Of a stretch of DNA of 64,000 bases, positions 50,501 through 62,500 are shown piece by piece. The notes beneath the pieces are model-generated. The model had not been told where the DNA came from and did not search any database. It was given only the letters and a program-made list of their open reading frames with translations. The stretch is taken from NCBI GenBank assembly GCA_038087875.1, contig CM075988.1, positions 25,174,001-25,238,000 of the forward strand. The letters run 5' to 3'. This DNA is from Malacoraja senta (taxonomy: Eukaryota). Each line of letters begins with the position of its first letter. The stretch's first letter is position 1. The position numbers and the translations under genes were made by a program.

Positions 50501-53500
50501 AAAACATATAATCAATGGGAAAGAATGGGAATTAAAAGGATCGGTGATATGTATGAAATGGGAAATCTGTTATCATTCCAACAATTACAATTAAAATTTA
50601 AACTGAAAAATAACCAATATTTTAAATATCTTCAGATCTGCGACTTCATGAAGAAATACATACAAAGATATCAAAATATAACTTTAGACCCAGTGGAAGA
50701 AGCAATGAATATTAAGGCTGACTCACAGAAATTAATATCATACTTATATAATAGTATTTTAAATATAGAACTACCATCAACAGAGGCACTTAGAGAAGAT
50801 TGGGAACTTAATAATAAAAATCACGAAGGAAACATGGGAAAAGTATTTGATATATACACAAATGTTCGATTAATGTAAGACATAATTTAATTCAATTTAA
50901 AATTTTACATAGATTATATTATTCAAAAACTAGATTGAATAAATTCTATCCAAATACTTCCCCCATTTGTGATAAATGTCTATCACAAAATGCAACTATA
51001 ACACACTCTTTTGTTTCCTGCATAAAACTTTATAAATTCTGGAGTGATATTTTTGAAATTTTACAAAATTATTCAAGATAAAAATGGAACCTAATACTGA
51101 AATGATTATATTTGGAGTAATGGAAGATGGGAACAAATTGAACTCATCTCAAAATTTATTTTTTAATTATGGGTTAATAATGGCAAAAAAACTTATACTT
51201 AAATTTTGGAAAAATACACCCACACCAACGCTTAAAATGTGGATTTCAAACATGTTGGACACCACACATCTTGAGGAAATGCGATTCCTCCTAATAGATA
51301 AATCAGACCAACTCTTAACGAGTTGGTCTCCATTTATCGACTTTTTGGAAGCATATGGTGCAACTAAATCGTAGAAACTAACTGTTTCAGGACTGGGTGA
51401 GGGATGGTCAAGAATATAAATAACTATCTCCTTAATCTCTTACTTTATACTCTTTCTCTTTCTATCTTCTTTTCTTCACTTTTCCTCTTTCACCCCTTTT
51501 TCCTTTTCACACACCATATATCACATGTTTTTCTATCTTTTATTATCTATTCTCTCTTTTTCTCTTTCATTATTTTAAAAAAAAAATAAGAAGCTGTACA
51601 TAAAATGTAACCTGTCAATATATATTAGGCACCTTGGTGCCATATTACTGTACTTCTAATAAAATTAAAATCAAAAATCAAAAAAAATCTCTGGAAAATT
51701 TTAATGCTCTCATGATACACGGAATGCGAGAAACTAATCAAAATATGCTTAATTACAGTTCATATGAAGGGGAACTGGTGGGTGTAGTAAATCTAGATTC
51801 CCAGAAGGTCTTGCACAGTGCAGGGATAACAAGGTTAGAGCACATGGAATTAGGAACTATGCACTGACACGGACTGAAAAATAGTTATTGTGCAAAAATA
51901 TAAGGCAAAGAATGAGGATAGGTTATAACTGGTGGGCCCCAGCTACTCACAAACTACATCAATGATCAGAATAACAATGTATGCATATATAATTCTAAAT
52001 ATAAATATTGAGGTTAATATGACACATATTTATATGAATAATACCATATATCAAGGACTGAGGATACAAGATATCATATTTCTAAGTCTGGCATTGACAC
52101 TGGACTGGCAGGGATAGTGAGTGGAGAAGAATATGCAAAGAGGATTTTAAGGGGATATGGACAAACTCGTGAGTGGGCCTGAACATGGCAGTTGGAATAT
52201 AATGTATGCAAGGTCATTTGTTTTGGTGCACTGAACAGACAGTTTTATTCTCTAACAGTTTTATTCTTGTTTCTTAGTCTCATAATATCTTCTTCGACTT
52301 TCATTGGCACAACTTAGGTCCTCATGTTGATAAACAGCAATAAACGTTTCCAAAGGTGATGGAAAGACTGGAGGAAAGACGAGGTGCTGAAAGCTCTCTT
52401 ATACCTGCTTTAAGGAAGCAATTAAACACACCTGAGCAATTACAAATGCCTGTGAAGCCATGTGTCCCAAACATTATGGTGCCCTGGAATGGGGGGACTA
52501 AGTATAAACACTGCTGTAATTTCTACATGGTGAAACCAAAATGTATAAAAATGGCCTTTAATAAAATCTGACAATGTGCATTTCAACCACATGTGATATT
52601 TTCTATTACAAATCTCAAATTATGGAGTACAGGGGCAAATAAATAAAAGATGGGTCTTTGTCCCAAACATTATGGAAGGCACTGTAAGAGGCGGAGGCAT
52701 AAATTAAGAGCACATGATATAGAAAGAAGACACAGAGAAAACAGAGGTGGAATAAATGAATTTTTCCAATGTGATAGACTACTTGATACATTCACTCATG
52801 TTGAATGCTAAAGGTCCCAGATAACCAATGAGCAGATACACTAGAGTGCCAAATCTCGTTAATAAATTTTCACAAGGTTAATGGCACACTACTGCATTCC
52901 CTCTACCACACATTTTAGTTTTTTAGTTTAGTTTACCGATAATGCATGGATACAGGCCCTTCGGCCCACCAATTTTACGCTGACCAGCGATCTTTACCGA
53001 ATCCAATCAACGTACGAACCTGTACGTCTTTGGGTGTGGGAGGAAACCGGAGCACCTGGGGAAAGTAGCTCTATTCTACTTAGTCTGTCGCCTCCTTTTT
53101 GCTCAGGTATTTTATTTCATTCTTCACATGTTTAAATTATTATGTTTTATTTTTAATTATGAGCAGAGCACTAAGGCAAATTCCTTGTATGTATACATAT
53201 TTGGCTAATAAAATGTACTTGATTCAATTCATTCCTTCTCTCCAGAGATGCTGCCTGTCCCGCTGAGTTACAGCCCTGTCCCACGGTACGAGTTCATTCC
53301 AAGAGCTCTCCAGAGTTTTAAAAAAAATCAAACTCGTGGTAAGCACGGAGAATGAACGTAGCGGGTACGTCGGAGTTCGGGGACGTCTCTTAGCGGCTCG
53401 TAACGCTAACGGCAGGTACTCGGGAAGACTCGCTAACGGCAGGTAAGCATGGGAAGACTCGTGAAGATTTTTCAACATGTTGAAAAATGTCCACGAGAGT

Positions 53501-56500
53501 CCCAAGTACCGACGAGTGGCCATTACCGTAAATCTCCAAGTTCGAATCAGGGCAAACTCGGGAGAGCTCTTGGAATGAACTCATACCGTGGGACAGGGCT
53601 TTTACTGCAGCTTTTTGTGTCTATCTTCGGTTTAAATGAGACCTGGGTGTCATGGTACACTAGTCATTGAAAGTAGGCATGCAGGTGCAGCAGGCAGTGA
53701 AGAAAGCGAATGGTATGTTAGCATTCATAGCAAAAGGATTTGAGTATAAGAGCAGGGAGGTTCTACTGCAGTTGTACAGGGTTTTGGTGAGACCACACCT
53801 GGAGTATTGCGTACAGTTTTGGTCTCCTAATCTGAGGAAAGACATTCTTGCCATAGAGGGAGTACAGAGAATCCCAGACTGATTCCTGGGATGTCAGGAC
53901 TTTCATATGAAGAAAGACTGGATCGACTGGATAGACTCGGCTTGTACTCGCTAGAATTTAGAAGTTTGAGGGGGGATCTTATAGAAACTTACAAAATTCT
54001 TAAGTGGTTGGACAGACTAGATGCAGGAAGATTATTCCCGATGTTGGGGAAGTCCAGAACAAGGGGTCACAGTTTAAGGATAAGGGGGAAGTCTTTTCGG
54101 ACCGAGATGAGAAAATCATTTTTTACACAGAAAGTGGTGAATCTGTGGAATTCTCTGCCACAGAAGGTAGTTGAGGCCAGTTCATTGGCTATATTTAAGA
54201 GGGAGTTAGAAGTGGCCCTTGTGGTTAAAGGGATCAGGGGGTATGGAGCAAAGGCAGGTACAGGATACTGAGTTGGATGATCAGCCATGATCATATTGAA
54301 TGGCGGTGCAGGCTCGAAGGACCGAACGGCCTACTCCTGCACCTATTTTCTATGTTTCTAAACCAACATCTGCAGTTCCTTCTTACACACTTACCACATT
54401 GGTTGGGCCACTCCAGCTGCAATCCACAGCAGTCTGGTTGACTGGTACTGCTTTGAATTTTGGAGGAGCTGGCATGGTTCCTTGTGTTTTTATGTGTGCA
54501 AAGGATATTGGGCTGTCCCCTTTTTCTGTTTTAGCCCATGCTAAAATCTCATAATCTGTTCCAGCAGTTAAATTGAAAACTGTAGAATAAATAAAATATA
54601 TAAATGCATTGATATCATTAAAAAGCCCTACCATGCTTCCAATCTAGTAGTTATATTGCACAAAATGTAATTTATGAAATATTAAACTTTGCTATGTAGA
54701 CCAGAAGAAAATATTGAAAAACGTGGCTACAAATATGAACTTTTGAAAAAATGTTATTTGTAACTTTAAGATTTTTATTTGTTAACAGAATGTGACGTCA
54801 AGTCATTGTGCCACGAGGACAAGTGAAGCAGCCTTTGTTAAAGAAGCAAAAGGGCGTATAGGAAGTATACAATATCCATTTTTGAAAGTGCTGTCTAGTC
54901 CAAAACATATAGAATCAGCAGTTTGAAAAGCTTTCACACAACTAAAATTCTTTGATGAATGTCACCGCTAGTCATTGTGTAACACACATACCAGATAAAG
55001 ATGTCTCTCCTCCATCAATATGCAATGTTCTCTTTTCTTTTATATGGGTATCAAACACCCACGACACATCCAGCACATAACTGATCACCTGAAATAATTT
55101 GGTGGAAACAAAGTTAAGTTCCTACCAGTGTAGGTCATGAAGCTTGTCCTGAACTAACAGCGATCAAGGCTATTCTGTAAATTTCTTCTCCAATGACAAA
55201 CTTAAATAGATTCATCTGGCCAGTAATATTATCCAGAGCAATCATACAAGGAACTTGCCAACCACACAGCAGGACTAGCATTTCTACTTTACAAAATTCG
55301 GAGTGGCTTTGATCAATCTGACACACACAACTTCAAATCGTGCAGCACAATTATACATTATTTCTACGGCTATTCAATCTGAAAAAGGGCATTTGTTAAA
55401 ACTCACTGTGTATGAAATGTACCTTAAAATTAACATCCAACTGTAGCTTCAAGTTAACCATGTTTTCCTTTGCATTTACAACTTCAATAGTTGGTGGTGG
55501 AATTGCTGTTAGGGGGGGAAATGGAAAAACCAAGTCATTTATTTCAACAATTGTGTACAGATAGTTACATCTAATCTTTCTCAATGTTCATCGTCTTTCA
55601 CATGCATTGGATTATTACATGTTGTTCAATAACAACTTTTGGTGATATACGTATTTAAAATTGGTTTAGAAACAAAGATTTTAGTTAAGATTTTAAATAT
55701 GTATATCACCAAAATATTGGTTTTTGACTTAACACACCTTAAATATTAACAAAAACAGATTGAGAGTAATTTTAATTTTGATAAAGAACAATTGCTGAAC
55801 TATAAACTTAACGCTGCTCATTTTGTCCTCAAAGTATTTATCACAATACAATATGGTAGATAGAGACCAGAAAATCACTCCTGTAGAGGCCAGAAGGCAC
55901 ATTCATGTCTGCTGAACAGGTAGAGTCTCAGCATGCACCTGCACCGTATGAAATTGGAGCAGCAATACAACTCCACATTGTTAATCCCTTCTAGAACTAC
56001 CAATAAAACTCTGAATGAAACAACTACATTTCAGTACATTTCTCAAAAATGTATGAGGCTCCTGTCAGACAGACACCAAGATCATTTCTTTATTAAGATA
56101 ACCAAAATACTGAAAACAATTAAAAACTTGATATTTAAATGGCAGCCATCATCTTTTGAGGCATTGTACCATTAACTTCCTGCCCTATGTGGGGTAAGTA
56201 GTTTATTCTTGGGGATCACCTCAAAAAATAAATTTCAGCATTCTGTGACAATGTTCACAGCTAAACTGAGGGAAATTTACAATGAAGTCTGATTACATTT
56301 AAGTATATATTTTTTTGCTCATCATTCCAGATTGCAACCTTCACGTAGTCCGCCCTGTTTCGATGAATGCAATCGACCCGGTTGCACAATCAAATAGAAC
56401 AATTTATCTTACAACTTTAGGCTGTGCAGGCCATACGCAAGAAGATCATTCCAAATGCTGCATATTGAATCTAAATAATATATTTATAACTAATGGTCTG

Positions 56501-59500
56501 CACTTTCTGACACGATTCTGACATGATTTTATAGCACAGCATTGGCTGCTGCACACGCAGGAAGAGTTTTTTTCCTTCAAGCTAATAGGTCACAGAGGCA
56601 CTTTTAAACTTGATAGTTTCATGTACATTAAATTTCAAACTACGGTCCAGGTTGCACAAGTTCATGAACTGCCAGTTAGGAATTACTGCCCGCCATGAAG
56701 GATATTGAAACAATCAAATTTCATACTATTGAGCTGTAAACATTTTACTGGAACTATTAATGGTAGCAACATAGCTCAAGCATCTCAAAAATAATCAAAG
56801 GGACACTGTTCGTTATTGTTTTGCTACCACCTTCTTTCTGTGTGCTGATGGTTTTTGTATCACTCCAGTTTCCGATCCCATGGCCTGTAACTGCTGCAAC
56901 CTGCAAAGAATAAGGAAACGATGTTAGAAGCTGTTGAAAACAAAAACTACAAATTCTGCTGAATTTATCCCACAGCTAATACTGACAAAACTAAAATAAA
57001 TGATGCCTGTATTGAATACTACCTCAGCAATACCCACTATTGGTTACGCTCTCCCTCATACTGGGTTAAATGGACGCTACCAATGTTCTTCATCTTAGCA
57101 AAGTACAAACATTCAGATTACAAATTTCAATTTCGAGCAGTTGAGCCACAGTTTGAAGGACGGTCATGTTTTTGTTAAGTTTGTTGCGTGTTGAAATGAT
57201 GGAACCTTAGGATCTGGAAAGGACTAGCATGAAATTCTCATTCTTAGATGTCAGCCTGTGACTGGTGTTGAAATATATTTATCGACAAAGTTAAGACGGG
57301 GATTAATGATCCCTATTATTTGTGTAAAACTGCCAGGTTGCGGAAAAACCTAGCAGGGAATCACATCTTGGAACTGTGGTGGGTTATGTCATGAATGGTG
57401 AAGGAAGCTCGAGAAGAAAGACAATGACCTGGGAAAAGTACTAAATCAAATTATATTTGGGTCAGTGCCGCTCTATGTACGTAGTATGAATGTACAGTCG
57501 CCTTCAAGGTTGGCGACAGGAGGCGTCACCGGACAGGTAAGGAGAGGAGAGCGATGTGGGTTCGCGGGTTCTGCTCCAGTACATCGAGTGGGCAGGCCGA
57601 CCCGACTTTGCACTTTGAATAATGCTGCCAGAACATGACGGCACCAGCGTGTAAAACATATGCTGGAAGAATGTGCAGTTGCACATGTGACAAGTAAAGC
57701 TCCATTGAACCTTTGAATGTAGAAATAAGTTTGGCACTATAAAGCTATTCTTGGATAATGTCTACACAAATCAATTTCAAAATGTTTTACCGTCAGTGGC
57801 CAACATGGCAAATAATCACTGTATTATACTCACCCTGACACTGTACAAGGTATTTATTTGCAGATTTGCAATGTCTTTCTGACATTCAAGGCTTTTCAGT
57901 GAAGTCCAATCTTTAACTTTATTGTTTGGGGAATATTCCACCTGGTTCGGGGCATTTGAGGATGGGTGTTGGGGAAGAGGCAGGAAAAGTACAATTATAG
58001 CAATGAAAGAATTGAATGTGTATACAGACAAAAAAAAACAAACAGGTCATGATAGTTTAATTGTAATTCAAGGGTGGACTCCATGCCAAAGGCAAGAACT
58101 GTAACTCTATGGAAATGCCTCACTCTGCCTCACAACCACAGGTTATCCTATGTCGGACCAAATTACAGCAGATGCAAAATAAACTTCCATCCAAACGATG
58201 GAATATCAATGTAAACTTTAGAATTTAGAGATACAGCGCGGAAACAGATCCTTCGACCCACCGAGTCCACGCCGACCAGCGATCGCCCGGTACACTAACA
58301 CTGCCCTACACATTAGGGACAATTTCCAATTTTTACCGAAGCCAATTAACCTACAAACCTATACGTCTTTGGAGTGTGTGATGAAACCAGAGCACCCAGA
58401 GTAAACCCACATGGTTAGAAACATAGAAACATAGCTGCAAGTGTAGGCCATTTGGCCCTTCAAGCCAGCACCGCCACTCAATATGATCATGGCCGATCAT
58501 CTAAAATCAGTACCCCATTCCTGCTTTTTCCCCATATCTCTTGATTCCATCAGCCCCAAGAGCTAAATCTAACTCTCTTTTGAAAACATCCAGTGAATTG
58601 GCCCCCACTGCCTTCTGTGGCTGAGAATTCTGCAGATTCACAACACTCAGTGAAAAAATGTTTCCTCATCTCAGTCCCAAATGGCCTACCCCTTATTCTT
58701 AAACTGTGTTCTGGACCCCAACATTGGGAACATTTTTCCTACATCTACCCTGTCCAATCCTCTAAGAATTTTATATCTTTCTATAAGATCCCCTCTCATC
58801 CTAAATTCCAGCGATTACAAGCCCAGTCGACCCATTCTTTCATCATATGTCAGTTCTGCCATCCCGGGAATTAACCTGGTGAACCTACGCAGCACTCCCT
58901 CAATAGCAAGAATGTCATGCCTCAAATTAGGAGACCAAAATTGCACACAATACTCCAGGTGCGGTCTCACCAGGGCCCTGTACAACTGCAGTAGGACATC
59001 CTTGCTCCTGAACTCAAATCCTCTCGCAATGAAGGCCAACATGCCTTACAGGGAGAATGCATAAACTCCATACAGGCAGTGCCTGTAGTCAGGATCGAAC
59101 CCAGGTCTCTGGCGCTGGAAGGCAGCAACTTTACAGCTGTGCCATTGTGCTGCCCTAAACGGCAAAGTGGTGCAGCAGCAGAGTTACTGCCTTACAGCGC
59201 CGACTTTGCATGGAAACCTGCAAAGATGTTATTCCAGATTAAATGAAATTAGTGGTTTAACTACATTCTATAACGAATGGAAGGACAATATTTTACAATT
59301 TAGTTTCTTGGAACTCAGATGTCTCATACGTGACCTTGTCCCGATCTTTGACTCTAATGCAAAAGATTAAGGAACACAAATGGGGCTAAATCATGTGAGC
59401 CCCAGCCTATTTGATGTGTAATGATTTTGAAAAGACTGCAGGAGTTTGTCAGAAAAACCCAACACTTTAATAAAAAGCAGTTTTATTACATATAAATGCA

Positions 59501-62500
59501 GACTTACAAGGTATTCCCGAATCAGACCATGTGTATTGGCAGGAGGACTCCATCGGGCAGTAATAGTATACTCTTTAATGTAAGATAACTGGAGACTTTC
59601 TGGAGGGTCAGGTACTGGAAGAAAAATTAATTAATGACATTAAAAGTTTCATTTGGATTCACATTTTTCTTTGCATAAAATTTGAAAATATCAAGAAATA
59701 AAGCTCGACAATTAATTTCACCTTTCATTATTTCCTATTATTTCTACAACTCGTGTGAATCATTGATATATATGTTCCTCTATCTTACAGTGGTTATTTG
59801 AGGCTTATCCCTCCCACGTCACTGATAACAAAGTTTACCTCCGTATATCTCTGTTCTTTACCACAACAGGACTCCTAAGCCAGTCCCATCCATGCCAAAT
59901 TAATTTCAACCCTTCAATGGCTCTCGTAAATCCCCTCTCCGCTACCCCAGACCTTGCTACACCCATCGCAATCCAGACACAACCAATCCAGACACAACCA
60001 CGACACGTCCCACCTTCCCCAGAAATGGTCTCAGTGATGCAGAAATATGAAGCCTAGCTTCCTGCATCATCTCTTTAGCAAAGCATTTATTTGACCCATC
60101 TCCCTGTTCCTACATGCACTTGGCACTGGAAGTATTCTAAAGATGACAACCTTAGGAGATCTTGCCCTTATATCTCATCTCTTCTCAATCCTTGCCTACT
60201 TCTTAGTTTCTGAACTCGTCACTTCTCTCTATTCTTTTTTTAACTATCATTAACTAACAGAGTCACACCTCAGTCTGTTCCTAGCTTCCTGCCTTTCTTT
60301 CACTGTGATGTGCATTTCAATGTTCAGTTCCCAATCTAAATCATGTTACGGTGGCGCAGCGGTAGAGTTGCTGCCTTACAGCAAATGCAGCACCGGAGAC
60401 CCGGGTTCGATCCCGACCACGGGTGCTGTCTGTACGGAGTTTGTACGTTCTCCCCGTGACCTGCAAAGGATTTCTAAAAAATCTTCGGTTTTCTCCCACA
60501 CTCCAAAGACGTACAGGTTTGTAGGTTAAGTGGCTTGGTAAATGTAAAAAAAAATGTCCCAAGTGGGTGTAGGATAGTGTTAATGTGCGGGGATCGCTGG
60601 TCGGCACGGACCCGGTGAGCCGAAGGGCCTGTTTCCACGCTGTATCTCTAAACTAAAATCACCAATGGCCTTGGAAAGATTGTCCAGTTACACGCACCCT
60701 TAAGCTCAAGCACTTTTTTCTTAGATCCACTTCCCCCTCAATCCTCCTTACATTTTTACTTAAAAGATACCTCTTTGACCAAACCTTTTCTGGTTTCTAT
60801 TCTAATTTCTGCGTGGAATAAAAAGTAGTCAGATAACACTGCTTGACAAGATGCTTCAGAATATTCTGCTGAATTAAACAGCCGTTGAAAATTTAGAACA
60901 CTATCCATATTTCAACATCCTTGCAAATAGCAAAAAAAGAAAATGAACAAACCAACACAGGGAAATGTGGCTATATATTAAAAAAAAATTAAAAATAATC
61001 AAACAAACAAACTTTGATCTCTTCATCAACTCAAGATATTTACATGGGCAGGATCTGGGAATATTAATAAAGGCATTCCAAAATGTGGCAGCTTCTCTCC
61101 ACCTCAGTTTCTGATAGCACGGTAGACAGAAACATACGATACCGGATCTAAGTTCAGGTCATTAGGTCATAGGAGCAAGAACAACGTTATTATGAGGAAA
61201 CTTTGCTATTTTACATTTCTATTGACCAGCAGCTCTTTTGTGCATCGTGGTCAGGCATTACAATGAAGCTAATGTAATCATTTTCAATGCGCCACAGGAA
61301 AACGCACAGCAGTATGTGCATGCCAAAAATATTTGGCACTACCTCTTCCAATTACTGCACCAGGCTAGGGAATTGGGTCAACAATCTGACTCTGCCTTGC
61401 ATTTACAGGAACTGTAAAATCAACTTCAGTTTTGAGCACATCTATTTTCTGTAAACATACCTTAAGGAAAATCGTATTTAAAAGAGTAAAATTCAACTTA
61501 CAGCCCTCAGGCGTTCGTAGTATAACGACGTCTCTTGTTTGGTGGATTTTATTTAGGCACTGCACTTCCACTTTCACCTGGTAGGTTGTATCAGGTTTCA
61601 ACACATTTATTATAATAGCAGTTTTATTGCCAGCTTCCAAGTACTTCCATTCCCCACCGACCAAACTAAAAGAGGGAAAAATCCAACAGTAAATGGTCAA
61701 ACTGTAGAAATTCCTAACATACTTAAACAAAATGAATATGGAGTGATGATTAATGCCATGGCGACCACATGGAAGTGCTTTGTTTGTCACAGGTCAATTG
61801 ATCTACTGTGAATTTCCAGTGTTTATTCATGTTTGACACTTGGAACTAAACCTATTGCTTTCATTTTTAATTGGATGCTGTCCTCCTTTCCCCTGCTCTT
61901 CCCATCATCTCTGGCTTCTTTCAACATGAGTATATGATACTAAGGGAATGGAATAGATAAGGTAAATCCACTGTCTTTTACCCAGAGCAGAGGAATCAAG
62001 AACAAGGGGACATAAGTTTAAGGTGAGAGGAGAAAGTTGTAATAGATTTGATTAGATTTGAAAGTTTTGATTAGAACGGGTGTCAATGTTTATGGGGAGA
62101 AAATGGGATTAGGAGGCAGAGATCGGCCATTATTGTATGGCGGAGTGGACTCGATGGGCCAAATGGCCTAATTCTACTTCGATAACTTGTGAACCTGAGG
62201 GGCCACCTTTTCACACCGAGGATGGTGGGCATGTGGACCAAGCTGCCAGAGCGGGTAGTTGAGGCAGGCACTGTAACATTGTTTAATAGACATTAGGACA
62301 GGTACATGGATAGGAAAGCTTTACAGAGAGAGAATGTAGAAACAAGGAACTGCAGATGCTGGTTTACCAAGAAAAGACACAAAATGCTGGAGTAATTTAA
62401 ATGGCAAATCATTAATTTAGGTTCAAATGTGAACTAGAAATCCAAGTTGTTATGAATAGAATTGAGAAGTGAATGATAACGAGCCAGAGGAATATTAAAT

